Shown: positions 37,708 to 47,503 of the stretch, piece after piece
How positions within the stretch are numbered: position 1 is the first letter of the stretch
Layout: each line of letters opens with the position of its first letter
The notes under the pieces: model-generated
Seen by the model: only the letters and a program-made list of their open reading frames with translations
Databases searched by the model: none
Told to the model about the DNA's origin: nothing
Source of the DNA: Nitrososphaerota archaeon
Lineage (GTDB): Archaea > Thermoproteota > Nitrososphaeria_A > Caldarchaeales > Caldarchaeaceae
Direction of reading: 5' to 3'
DNA: 64,000 nt
Assembly: GCA_041641305.1 (NCBI GenBank)
Contig: JBEPYN010000001.1
Span: 544,001-608,000, forward strand
Made by a program: the position numbers and the translations under genes

Positions 37708-40257
37708 TTGTGTCCTGTTCCTCTTAAGGTTGTGAAGAGGGATGGCAGAGTTGTGGATTTTGATGCAGGACGTATCCGCGAAGCCATACGCAAGGCAATG
37801 GCCGCTAAACGTGTCGAGGATGAAAAACTTCTGGAAAAAGTTGTTGCAACGGTGCTGGAGCAGCTTTCAACACGTTTCGGAGCCGAGAAGATTCCACACG
37901 TTGAGGAGATTCAGGACATAGTTGAGAGCTCTTTGATGGAGCATGGGTTGAAGGAGGTGGCGAAAGCCTACATACTCTACAGACATGAGCGAACAAGAAT
38001 TAGGGAGGAGAAGATGAGGATACTTGAGACGAGCTATGTTGACGAAGTGGACAAAGCCTTCTCGGTCAACGCCCTGAGACTGATGGCAACACGCTACCTT
38101 CTACGCGACAAAGCAGGCCGACTCATCGAGAGGCCTAAGCAGATGTTTCAGAGGACAGCGGCCCTCATCGTGCTGGCGGACATCCTATACGACCCCATGT
38201 TCTTCGACAAACATGGCGGACAGAAAAAATGGGAGATAGATGACGTGGAACTCGAGGAATACGCCGGCCGAATCGGCGTCGGCCCATCCACCAACATGTT
38301 GGAGACAACGTGGAACACACACCATATCGAGAGGCTTACCGCGCTGTACAGACGTTTGAACGAGAAGGGGATGATGAGGAAACATCTGCGGGATGTGCTC
38401 GAGCATCTCAGAAGCCATCCATCCCGGTTCTATGAAAGCTACCGCCGCTACTACGACTTGATGGTTGAGAAAAAGTTTCTTCCCAACAGCCCCACACTCT
38501 TCAACGCAGGCACTGTCCTCGGCCAGCTGAGCGCATGCTTTGTTCTCGACGTCGAGGATGATATTTCCTCGATTATGAGGACGGCTGAGGAGGCTGCGTT
38601 GATTTTCAAGACGGGTGGAGGTGTTGGGATAAACTATTCGAAGCTTAGGCCTGAGGGGGATGTTGTTTCGTCGACGGGCGGTGTCGCATCGGGGCCGGTG
38701 TCCTTCATGCGTATAGTTGACACGGTGACGGATGTGGTTAAGCAGGGTGGTCGTAGGAGAGGCGCGAACATAGGTGTCCTAAACATCAACCACCCCGACA
38801 TAGACAAATTCATAGCCGCGAAGCAGCGGCCGGGGTTTCTAGAAAACTTCAACATCTCTGTGATGGTTACAGCGGATTTCTGGAAACACTACCAAGAGAA
38901 CAGGCCTTATCCTCTTGTTAACCCTCGAGACGGCTCGGTCTGGAGACTTGTGGACACACATAAACTCCTGAGACAAATAGCTGAAAACGCTTGGAAGACA
39001 GCCGACCCCGGGCTACTATACCACGACAACATCAACGAGCTCAACCCACTCAGGGAAGCATATGGCGACATCTACTGCGTAAACCCATGCGGCGAGCAGC
39101 CGCTCTACCCCCACGAATCATGCAACCTCGGCTCCATCAACCTACACGCATTCATCAAAGACGGCCGCCTTGACTGGGATGCTTTGGGAAAATGCATAGA
39201 AACCGCTGTAAGGTTTCTTGACAACGTCGTGGACTTGACCAAGCATCCTACAGAAGCCATCGAGAAGATGACTCTGAGGACGAGGAGGATTGGGCTCGGT
39301 ATAATGGGTTTGGCGGATATGCTGTACGCTCTACGCATACCCTACAACAGTGAGGAGGGGTTTGAGATGATGAGGAGGGTTATGGAGTTCATCGCCTACA
39401 AGGCGGTTGAGACATCGGTTGAGCTTGCGGAGGAGCGTGGCCCGTTTCCCGATTTCTCGAGGTCTTTGTGGGCTAAGGGTTTGCTGCCTTTCAGGTGCCT
39501 GAGGGATGGCGGTGACCTGGCGATGGATTGGGGCAGGCTCGTGGAGCGTGTGAAGAAGGGCATCCGCAACAGCCATCTTCTTACGGTTGCACCCACGGGG
39601 AGCATCTCGATGCTCGCAGACACATCCTCGGGCCTCGAGCCACAGTTTGCTCTTGTCTACCGCAAACAAGTGACAGCCGGCGTCTTCTACTACGCCGACC
39701 CCGTGTTTGAAAAAGCTCTCGATGAACGTGGGCTTCCAAAGCAGGATATATTGAGGAAAGTTGCTGAGAACGGTGGTTCTGTGCAGGGCATTCAGGAGAT
39801 ACCCGAGGATATGCGTAGAGTGTTTGTCACGGCGCTTGACATTCCTTGGTGGGACCATCTAAGGGCCCAGCACGAAATACAGAAGTGGGTTGACGCATCG
39901 GTGAGCAAAACAATCAACATGCCCTCATGGGTGACCGTTGAGGATGTGTTGAAGGCATTTGTCGCCGCTCACAGGCTCAAGCTCAAGGGTGTCACCGTCT
40001 ACAGAGACGGGTCAAAAGCTGCCCAAGTTCTTGTCACACCCACGCAGAGGAACAAACGCTATGAACTATCTTTCACCAACAAAACCACAGAAATTCTCCG
40101 CGGCCTCGGCATAGAAGTCGAGGAAAAACCAGTCGAAACACCTCCTCCCCCCATAATACACACCACATGCCCTCTTTGTGGAAGCACATCAATAGTCTTC
40201 CAAGAAGGATGCGAAAAATGTCTCGAATGCGGATGGATAAGCTGTGTAATTGCATAA
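37708..40257 (+). CDS. nrdJ: Adenosylcobalamin-dependent (class II) ribonucleotide reductase with ATP cone
   Basis: VVKRDG ATP cone, PNSPTLFNAG, LSACFV, NPCGEQPL, APTGSIS, C-terminal CPLC...EGC..C..CG.ISC; start approximate. Confidence 0.93.
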   Translation: MCPVPLKVVKRDGRVVDFDAGRIREAIRKAMAAKRVEDEKLLEKVVATVLEQLSTRFGAEKIPHVEEIQDIVESSLMEHGLKEVAKAYILYRHERTRIREEKMRILETSYVDEVDKAFSVNALRLMATRYLLRDKAGRLIERPKQMFQRTAALIVLADILYDPMFFDKHGGQKKWEIDDVELEEYAGRIGVGPSTNMLETTWNTHHIERLTALYRRLNEKGMMRKHLRDVLEHLRSHPSRFYESYRRYYDLMVEKKFLPNSPTLFNAGTVLGQLSACFVLDVEDDISSIMRTAEEAALIFKTGGGVGINYSKLRPEGDVVSSTGGVASGPVSFMRIVDTVTDVVKQGGRRRGANIGVLNINHPDIDKFIAAKQRPGFLENFNISVMVTADFWKHYQENRPYPLVNPRDGSVWRLVDTHKLLRQIAENAWKTADPGLLYHDNINELNPLREAYGDIYCVNPCGEQPLYPHESCNLGSINLHAFIKDGRLDWDALGKCIETAVRFLDNVVDLTKHPTEAIEKMTLRTRRIGLGIMGLADMLYALRIPYNSEEGFEMMRRVMEFIAYKAVETSVELAEERGPFPDFSRSLWAKGLLPFRCLRDGGDLAMDWGRLVERVKKGIRNSHLLTVAPTGSISMLADTSSGLEPQFALVYRKQVTAGVFYYADPVFEKALDERGLPKQDILRKVAENGGSVQGIQEIPEDMRRVFVTALDIPWWDHLRAQHEIQKWVDASVSKTINMPSWVTVEDVLKAFVAAHRLKLKGVTVYRDGSKAAQVLVTPTQRNKRYELSFTNKTTEILRGLGIEVEEKPVETPPPPIIHTTCPLCGSTSIVFQEGCEKCLECGWISCVIA

Positions 40258-40288
40258 ACCATAAAAATCAACGTTTCGGGAAAAATGC

Positions 40289-40726
40289 ATGCCTGAAGTA
40301 GTGAACAGAGCTAAAGCTGTTTGGCAGGGAGACCTTTTCCATGGACAGGGCACCGTCAGCTTCGACAGCGGAGCGCTTCCAACAGCCGATGTCTCATGGT
40401 CCGCACGCTCCTCAAAGATAAGCGGAAAAACGAATCCAGAAGAACTCATCGCCGCAGCTCATGCCACATGCTTTGCCATGGCTTTGTCCAACATAATCGC
40501 GAAGGAGGGAAAACGAGCTGAGAGACTCGAGGTTACTGCTGAGGTGGTGTTCTCCATCGGCGACCAGGTGAAAATCTCGGAGTCGCGGATAACAGTTGTA
40601 GGAAAAGTGCCGGGAATGGACCAGGCCTCTTTCGAGAAAGCTGCGCAGGCCGCGAAAGATGGTTGCCCAGTCTCCAAAGCGTTAAAAGGAAACGTGAACA
40701 TCACTCTAACAGCCAAGCTTGAATAA
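40289..40726 (+). CDS. osmC: OsmC-family peroxiredoxin
   Basis: TNPEELIAAAHATCF, CPVSKAL. Confidence 0.93.
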   Translation: MPEVVNRAKAVWQGDLFHGQGTVSFDSGALPTADVSWSARSSKISGKTNPEELIAAAHATCFAMALSNIIAKEGKRAERLEVTAEVVFSIGDQVKISESRITVVGKVPGMDQASFEKAAQAAKDGCPVSKALKGNVNITLTAKLE

Positions 40727-41258
40727 AAAAATCCTCGTACCAGCGGCGCTTCTAACCATTTTTCTCGGATTTTTATCAATTCTAGTTTTCTTCGACATCC
40801 AAACACAAGCCACCACAACAACCACCGTCACAAAAAAATCTGAAACCATCTATACGTCAACCACATCGGAGAAGCCGCGGGAGCCGTATGTAAAAATCAG
40901 AGAAGCGGTTTTCTATGTCGAGATAGCTGATGACGATGCGGAGAGGGGAAAAGGCTTATCTGGCAGAGAAAGCCTGCCCGAGGACCGTGGCATGCTTTTT
41001 GTTTTCGAGAACCCGGGCCGCTATAGTTTCTGGATGTATGAAATGCGGTTCGCCCTTGACATTATATGGATAGACGAGGATGGCCGCGTGGTCCACATCG
41101 AGGAAAACCTTCAGCCATGCACACCTAACCAGGTTTGCAGCTCGTACACGCCTTCAGCCGACGCGAAATATGTTTTGGAGGTTAACGCGGGACTTGCCAA
41201 AAAACACGGGATAGTTGTCGGTGATGTGGTTGAGTTTGGGCTGGGCTCAGCCGACTGA
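40719..41258 (+). CDS. DUF192-family protein with N-terminal TM
   Basis: [40 protein letters not shown]. Confidence 0.9.
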   Translation: MNKKILVPAALLTIFLGFLSILVFFDIQTQATTTTTVTKKSETIYTSTTSEKPREPYVKIREAVFYVEIADDDAERGKGLSGRESLPEDRGMLFVFENPGRYSFWMYEMRFALDIIWIDEDGRVVHIEENLQPCTPNQVCSSYTPSADAKYVLEVNAGLAKKHGIVVGDVVEFGLGSAD

Positions 41259-42647
41259 GCCCGACATCTCTAGCTCGATGAGTCTGTTGAACTCGACGGC
41301 GTATTCCATGGGCAGTGTTTTTGTGAAGGGTTCGAGGAACCCGAGGACAATCATGTTGAGGGCCTCCTGCTCCGAGAGGCCGCGGCTCATCAGGTAGAAG
41401 AGCTGCTCTTCGCCGATTTTTCCGACCGTCGCTTCATGCGTCGCCGTCGTATCCTCCTCGTTTATCTCGTTGTATGGGTAGGTGTCTGTCCGCGAGATGT
41501 CGTCAAGTATCAGGGCGTCGCATCTCACACTGGACTTGACCCGTTTAGCTCCCTTCGCAACATGCAGCAATCCTCTGTAGGATGTTCGCCCGCCGTCCTT
41601 GCATACTGATTTCGAGGTTATTCGTGAAGTGGTGTCAGGCGCGAGATGCACGGCTTTAGCACCGGTGTCCTGGTGCTGGCCGCGTCCAGCGAAAGCCACC
41701 GACAAAATATCCGCCTTAGCACCCCTTCCGAGTAGATAGACACTCGGATACTTCATCGTCACCTTGCTTCCGATGTTGGCGTCAACCCATTCAACCGTCG
41801 CCCCCTCATATGCGTGGGCCCTCTTGGTCACGAGGTTGTAGACATCGCTGCTCCAGTTCTGGAGAGTTGTGTATCTTACGTAGGCGCCTTTCTTAGCAAC
41901 TATCTCGACGACAGCGGTGTGCAGCGAAGAGGTTGAGTATATCGGCGCAGTGCAACCCTCTATATAATGAACCCTGCTGTAGGGCTCGGCTATGATAAGC
42001 GTCCGCTCAAACTGGCCGACGTTGGCCGCGTTGATTCTGAAGTATGCTTGTAGTGGGTACTGGATTTCCACACCTTCGGGTACGTAGATGAAGCTTCCGC
42101 CGCTGAAGACTGCGCTGTTGAGTGCGGCGAACTTGTTGTCCTCAGGGGGCACGACCTTGCCGAAGTAGGGTTTGAAGATGTCAGCATACTCGCGGAAAGC
42201 TGTGTCGGGGTCGACGAAAATCACACCCTTTTTCTCAAGCTCCTTCTGAAGGCTGTGGTAGACGACCTCGCTCTCGTACTGTGCGCCCACGCCTGCGAGG
42301 AATTTTCTCTCCGCCTCCGGTATCCCCAGCCTGTCAAAGGTCTTCTTGATGTATTCGGGGACATCGTCCCAGCTTCTAGCTTTGCGGTCGCTGGGCTTGA
42401 TGTAGTAGTGTATGCGGTCAAAGTCCACGCCCGATAGGTCTGCGCCCCAGATGGGCATGGGTTTCTTATAGAATATCTCGAGGCTCTTGAGCCGGAATTT
42501 TCTCAGCCACTCCGGCTCGTCCTTGTGCTGCGAAATCTCCTCCACAACCTTCTCCGATAGCCCGGGCTTTGACTTGTAAACGTAAAGCTCCGGGTCCTTG
42601 AAGTCATACTTGCTGTAGTCTATTTCGAGCTTCGTCTGTCCAGCCAT
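41247..42647 (-). CDS. sufB: Fe-S cluster assembly protein SufB
   Basis: [37 protein letters not shown]. Confidence 0.96.
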   Translation of the reverse strand: MAGQTKLEIDYSKYDFKDPELYVYKSKPGLSEKVVEEISQHKDEPEWLRKFRLKSLEIFYKKPMPIWGADLSGVDFDRIHYYIKPSDRKARSWDDVPEYIKKTFDRLGIPEAERKFLAGVGAQYESEVVYHSLQKELEKKGVIFVDPDTAFREYADIFKPYFGKVVPPEDNKFAALNSAVFSGGSFIYVPEGVEIQYPLQAYFRINAANVGQFERTLIIAEPYSRVHYIEGCTAPIYSTSSLHTAVVEIVAKKGAYVRYTTLQNWSSDVYNLVTKRAHAYEGATVEWVDANIGSKVTMKYPSVYLLGRGAKADILSVAFAGRGQHQDTGAKAVHLAPDTTSRITSKSVCKDGGRTSYRGLLHVAKGAKRVKSSVRCDALILDDISRTDTYPYNEINEEDTTATHEATVGKIGEEQLFYLMSRGLSEQEALNMIVLGFLEPFTKTLPMEYAVEFNRLIELEMSGSVG

Positions 42648-42712
42648 TTCGCTATAACGCCGTTATCCCCGCTATTATATGTTACACACCTACATCCATA
42701 GGATAAGCGTCT

Positions 42713-44971
42713 TCAAAGGCTCTCCGGCTTTATTGGAAGCTTTTTCACCCGTTTACCGGTGGCGTCGTAAACCGCGTTCGCGATGGCCGCCGGCGTAGGT
42801 ATACACCCTGTCTCCCCTAAGCCTTTGGCTCCGAAGGGGCCCGCGGGGTCGGGCTTCTCGACGAAAACAGCCTTGATAACAGGTGTTTCGAGGGCCGTGG
42901 GCAGAAGATAGTCTGTTAAGGCTGCGTTGACGACGCGCCCCTGCTCAAGAACCAGCTCCTCATACATGGTGTAGCTGAGGCCCATGGCCACTCCCCCGTG
43001 AACCTGCCCCTCAGCAGCCGCCGGATTAATTATACGCCCCGAGTCATGAACAGAGACAATCTTCAACACTTTCACCCACTTCGTCTCGGGGTCCACTTCG
43101 ACAAGAGCAGCCTGTGCGCCGAAGACATAGGCCGCGGAGAGGTTGCCCATCCAGTTCTCGTCCTGCATCTCCGTGGGCGGGTCATAATACACCGACACCA
43201 CTATGTTGCTTCCTCCCTGCCTGAAATGCAGGCGTCTAACTAGCTTGTCGAACTCTATTTTCTTGGCCGGGTTTTGGATGTCGTACACGGTGTTGTTTTC
43301 GAAGACGAGGTTTTCGGGGGTTGTTTGCAGCATTTCGGCGGCGGCTTTGGCGAGTGTTTCTTTTGCTTTTTTAGCGGCCATTAAGGCGGAGTTGCCTGCA
43401 ACGAATGTGGCCCGGCTCGCGTGCGTCCCCACATCCCATGGCCTTATCGAGGCGTCGTCGTTGACAACCCGCACCTTCTCCAAAGGTATGCCCAGTTCTT
43501 CGGCTACTATCTGCGCGATTGCTGTGTCGGAGCCTGTGCCGAGGTCTGTTGAACCCGTTATGACCGTGACGAGGCCGAAGTCGTCTATGGTGAGGATTGT
43601 TCCGCATCCATCGGACCTGTATACGCGTGCGCCTCCGCCGACGTGGAAAAAGGCCGCGAACCCTATGCCTCGGTTGGGCCCGGCCATCCCTCTTCCACGC
43701 CATCCAATCTCCTCCGCTGCTCTCCTCAAACACTCGCGGAGCTCGCACGTGGTTATTCTCATGCCCTGCGGCGTGACGCTGTTGGGTTTGTTGGCGTTGA
43801 GTATGCGGAACATAACAGGGTCCATGCCCAGCTCCTCGGCCAAAGCGTCCATCTGCTGCTCGATGGCGAATGTTATCTGGGGGTTGCCCGCTCCTCTCTG
43901 CGTGCCTGTGTATGGGTTGTTGGTGTAGACAACAGTGGCCTCGAACAAAACCTCGGGAACGGTGTAGAGGCCCGTTGAAGTCGCCATCATCACACGTCCA
44001 TCAAAAGGACCCCATGAAACATACGCACCCGCGTCGAGTATTACACGCGCCTCTCTGGCCAACAGTCTGCCGTCGCGGTCGGCGGCTGTCCGCATGTAGA
44101 TTATCGCCGGCTGCCGCGGAGGCGCGTACTGAAGCTCCTCCTCACGGGTGAACACAAGCTTGACGGGGCGACGTGTCTTCATGGAGAGGACGGCCGCTAT
44201 CGGGTCGAGGGGGTAAACGTCCATGCCGCGTCCAAACGCGCCGCCTATCTCAGGCTGTATCACCCTTATGTTCGCCGGGTTAATTCCGAGGATTTTTCCG
44301 AGCTCGTGGCGGTAGAGAAACGGTGCCTGTGTGTTTGTGTAGACGGTGAGTTCTCCGAGGCTGTTGTAGTGTGCGACAACACCCATAGTTCCGAGCGGTG
44401 AGGCGTTGTTGGAGTGGACTTGGTAGCGGTCTGAGACGACTGCCGCCGCCTTTTCAAACACCTGGTTTATGTTTGCGATGTCGCTGGTTGAGAAACGCAT
44501 CTTGAGGTCTACTACGTTGCTGCCGTTTTCCTCGTGGACGAGAGGAGCGTCCGGTTTCATGGCATCCTCCGGGTCGAAGACACCCTCTAGAGGCTCATAC
44601 TCCACCTCAATAGCTTCAACGGCTTCTTCAGCGGCTTCAGGTGTTTCGGCTGCGACGGCGGCGACCTCGTCCCTCACCGAGCGAACCTTCCCCGTCTTCA
44701 GCGGCGGATGATCCTCAAGGATACCCATGCGTCCAAGCTGCACATCATATCCCGTCACAACCGCCCTCACCCCGGGAACACGCCAGGCCTTCTCGGTGTT
44801 TATCCGCAGAATCCTCGCATGAGGGTATCTGCTTCTCAGTATCTTGGCGTAGAGCATGTTGGGGAGCTCGATATCATCGACATAGCGTGCGGCTCCGACG
44901 ACCTTCAGCCCGCCGTCAATCTTTGGAACGGATTTGCCCACGACACTGTAACGCTCAGCGGTGACAAGCAC
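42713..44971 (-). CDS. Xanthine dehydrogenase-family Mo-binding large subunit (CoxL/HcrA-like)
   Basis: GGAFG, QRGAGNPQ, GQVHGG...G, GPFGAKGLGE. Confidence 0.9.
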   Translation of the reverse strand: MLVTAERYSVVGKSVPKIDGGLKVVGAARYVDDIELPNMLYAKILRSRYPHARILRINTEKAWRVPGVRAVVTGYDVQLGRMGILEDHPPLKTGKVRSVRDEVAAVAAETPEAAEEAVEAIEVEYEPLEGVFDPEDAMKPDAPLVHEENGSNVVDLKMRFSTSDIANINQVFEKAAAVVSDRYQVHSNNASPLGTMGVVAHYNSLGELTVYTNTQAPFLYRHELGKILGINPANIRVIQPEIGGAFGRGMDVYPLDPIAAVLSMKTRRPVKLVFTREEELQYAPPRQPAIIYMRTAADRDGRLLAREARVILDAGAYVSWGPFDGRVMMATSTGLYTVPEVLFEATVVYTNNPYTGTQRGAGNPQITFAIEQQMDALAEELGMDPVMFRILNANKPNSVTPQGMRITTCELRECLRRAAEEIGWRGRGMAGPNRGIGFAAFFHVGGGARVYRSDGCGTILTIDDFGLVTVITGSTDLGTGSDTAIAQIVAEELGIPLEKVRVVNDDASIRPWDVGTHASRATFVAGNSALMAAKKAKETLAKAAAEMLQTTPENLVFENNTVYDIQNPAKKIEFDKLVRRLHFRQGGSNIVVSVYYDPPTEMQDENWMGNLSAAYVFGAQAALVEVDPETKWVKVLKIVSVHDSGRIINPAAAEGQVHGGVAMGLSYTMYEELVLEQGRVVNAALTDYLLPTALETPVIKAVFVEKPDPAGPFGAKGLGETGCIPTPAAIANAVYDATGKRVKKLPIKPESL

Positions 44972-44975
44972 ATAA

Positions 44976-46214
44976 ATGAAGACTTGGATGCATGGTTTAA
45001 ACTTTGCCGAGGACAGGTTTACACTTAAGTCATGGCTCTACGCTGTATACTTGAGGCTGGTTAGCTTGTTGTTGATGATACCTGGCCCGACTGAGATTGA
45101 TGAACGGGTTATCCGTGCTATGGCGCGGCAGATGATTGACCACCGGTCGGAAGAATTTCATGTGCTCATGAGGAGTGTGGTGGAGAAGTCTCGGAAAATT
45201 TTTGAAACAAACGGCTCCGATGTCTACGTTTTGACGGCTTCTGGGACGGGGGGTGTCGAGGCTGCTGCGGCGAATCTCACACAGCCTGGGGACAAGGTCC
45301 TGGTTCTCTCGGCTGGGTTGTTTGCGGATAGGATGGCGGAGGCATTCGCAGCCTATGGCGCGAACGTTGTTAAGCACCAGCTTGAAAACGGCCAGGGCCC
45401 CAATCCCGAGGCCGTGAAGAAACTGTTGGAGACGCATCCCGACGCAGCTGTTGTAGCTTTTCCATTCAACGAAACCTCCACGGGGATAATCTCGCGCGAC
45501 GTTAAGGAGATTGGCAGGATTTGCCGTGAGCATGGTGCTTTGCTTGTTGTAGATGCTGTGACGGCGGTCGGTGGAGTGAGGGTTGCCGTCGACGAATACA
45601 ACATAGATTTCTGTGTGGCGGGGACGCAGAAGTGTTTGGCTACGCCGCCGGGGCTTGCGTTGGTTACTGTTTCCAAACGTGCTTGGGAGAAGATTGAGCG
45701 GAAAAAGCTTCGTCCACCCTACTTCGACCTCGTCAAGTATAGGCATTTTATGGAGAGGTGGGAGACGCCGTTCACACCAGCGGTTACGCTTTTCTGGGCG
45801 TATGACGAGGCTTTGAACATCATCTTCGAGTACGGCTATGAGAGGTGGCTTGCTCGCCACGCAGCCGGGGCTGCGGGCCTCTACGCCGGCCTACGCACAT
45901 ACGGGCTGGAGTTCTACGCTGGCCCAGGTTTCGAGTCCCCGATTGTTGCGGCTATGCATATTCCTCCAGGGCTCACAGACACGGCTATCCGTGAAACGAT
46001 GAAGAAGAGATATGGTATATTGATTTCGGGTGGTCTCGCGCATTACAAGGGTAAGATGTTCCGCATAGCTAACATCGGGTTGATTACTCGGGAGAAGGTT
46101 GTGAACACGGTTTTTGCTTTGGGGAAGACGTTGAAGTCTCTTGGAATGGATGTGAACGTTTCTGAGGCGGTTGAGAATGCTGAGCATGAGCTTGACCGTA
46201 GCTGGCCGAGCTGA
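44976..46214 (+). CDS. Class V PLP aminotransferase (Ala-glyoxylate/Ser-pyruvate type); true start near 45060-45075
   Basis: LMIPGPT, SGTGGVEA, NETSTG, VDAVT, GTQKCLATPPG. Confidence 0.92.
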   Translation: MKTWMHGLNFAEDRFTLKSWLYAVYLRLVSLLLMIPGPTEIDERVIRAMARQMIDHRSEEFHVLMRSVVEKSRKIFETNGSDVYVLTASGTGGVEAAAANLTQPGDKVLVLSAGLFADRMAEAFAAYGANVVKHQLENGQGPNPEAVKKLLETHPDAAVVAFPFNETSTGIISRDVKEIGRICREHGALLVVDAVTAVGGVRVAVDEYNIDFCVAGTQKCLATPPGLALVTVSKRAWEKIERKKLRPPYFDLVKYRHFMERWETPFTPAVTLFWAYDEALNIIFEYGYERWLARHAAGAAGLYAGLRTYGLEFYAGPGFESPIVAAMHIPPGLTDTAIRETMKKRYGILISGGLAHYKGKMFRIANIGLITREKVVNTVFALGKTLKSLGMDVNVSEAVENAEHELDRSWPS

Positions 46215-46217
46215 GGC

Positions 46218-46655
46218 ATGTTTTTCGAGGATTTTGAGGTGGAGCGGGAGTTTGTCTCCCGCGAGAGGGTTGTGACATCTTCTGACATAGACCTTTTCGC
46301 GACTTGGACGTGGGCGGCTAACCCGCTTTTTCTCAGCGACGGCTTCGCGAGGGGGAGGGGGTTTCCGCAGCGGATCGCTCCCGGCGCCCTTGTCATATCA
46401 TTCGCCATAGGCCTCCTGTATCAGACAGGTGCTTTCGACAACATAGTTGCTCTCGCGTCGATTGATAAGATGAGTTTCAGGTCGCCGACGATGCCCGGGG
46501 ACAGCATCAAGGCCGTTGCAAAGGTTGTGGAGAAACGTGAGTCCAAGTCTCCTGACCGTGGGCTTGTAAAGCTTGAGGTTACGTGCCATAACCTGACGCG
46601 TGGGGCTGTTGCTTTTTCGGCTGAGATGCTTTTCGTGGTTCTCCGCAAAGCTTAA
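46218..46655 (+). CDS. MaoC/hotdog-fold dehydratase
   Basis: FFEDFEV, NPL..SD.FA...GF.QRIAPG, F.SP..PGD.I. Confidence 0.88.
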   Translation: MFFEDFEVEREFVSRERVVTSSDIDLFATWTWAANPLFLSDGFARGRGFPQRIAPGALVISFAIGLLYQTGAFDNIVALASIDKMSFRSPTMPGDSIKAVAKVVEKRESKSPDRGLVKLEVTCHNLTRGAVAFSAEMLFVVLRKA

Positions 46656-46680
46656 ACAACTGTTTGGGAGATGTGTTTGC

Positions 46681-47400
46681 GTGGAGCACGGGAGAACCAA
46701 GCTTCTGTATCTTGATGACTCTTATTTGTCGAGTTTTTCGGCTAGGGTTGTTGAGGCCGTTGGCGATGTTGTTGTTTTGGATAGGACGGCTTTTCATCCG
46801 CGTGGTGGTGGGCTTGTCTCTGATGTTGGGGTTCTCCGGTTTGGTGGTGTTGAGGCACGTGTTGTGGAGGCTTTTTTCATGGATTCTGGTGTTGGGCATA
46901 GGGTTGAGGGGCCGTTGCCTGGTGTGGGTGAGGTTGTTGAGGGAGTGGTTGATTGGGGGAAGAGGTATAGGGTTATGAGGATGCATACGGGGCTGCATGT
47001 TTTGGCTGCTACGATGGTTGAGAGAACCGGGGCGTTAATCACTGGTAACAACATCTCTTTTGACGGTGGGCGTGTCGACTTTAGTTTGGAGGCGTTTGAC
47101 CGGAGGGTTATCGAGGATGTTGTGGAGGAGACGAATAGGCGTCTGGCCGAGGATCATCCCGTCAACGTCTATTACATGGAGAGGGAGAAGGTGTTGAGCA
47201 CTCCTGGGATGGTTAAGCTGGCGAATAGGCTTCCTCCCGATGTCCCGGTTCTCAGGATTGTTGAGATAACGGGGCTTGATGTTCAGGCTGATGGGGGTCC
47301 GCATGTGAAAAACACTAGGGAAGTGGGTAGGGTGGAGGTTGTGAAGCTGGAGAATAAGGGGAGGACGAATAGGCGGCTCTATTTCACGGTCTCTCCTTAA
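46681..47400 (+). CDS. alaX: AlaX (AlaXM) alanyl-tRNA editing protein
   Basis: TKLLYLDDSY, LDRTAFHPRGGG, MRMHTGLH, QADGGPHV; start taken at GTG 46681. Confidence 0.93.
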   Translation: MEHGRTKLLYLDDSYLSSFSARVVEAVGDVVVLDRTAFHPRGGGLVSDVGVLRFGGVEARVVEAFFMDSGVGHRVEGPLPGVGEVVEGVVDWGKRYRVMRMHTGLHVLAATMVERTGALITGNNISFDGGRVDFSLEAFDRRVIEDVVEETNRRLAEDHPVNVYYMEREKVLSTPGMVKLANRLPPDVPVLRIVEITGLDVQADGGPHVKNTREVGRVEVVKLENKGRTNRRLYFTVSP

Positions 47401-47503
47401 ATAAGGGAGCGTGTAAATTGTTTTGATGATGAGACTGACCTGTTCAGAGAGCCGCGTCGCTCGATGAAGAACATACACCTCTCTGAAACAAACATCCCCC
47501 AAT

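Noticed and set aside
42713-44971. XDH large subunit without FAD and 2Fe-2S subunit genes as a novelty
   Set aside because: Dispersed large-subunit paralogs sharing small subunits are common in thermophilic archaea.
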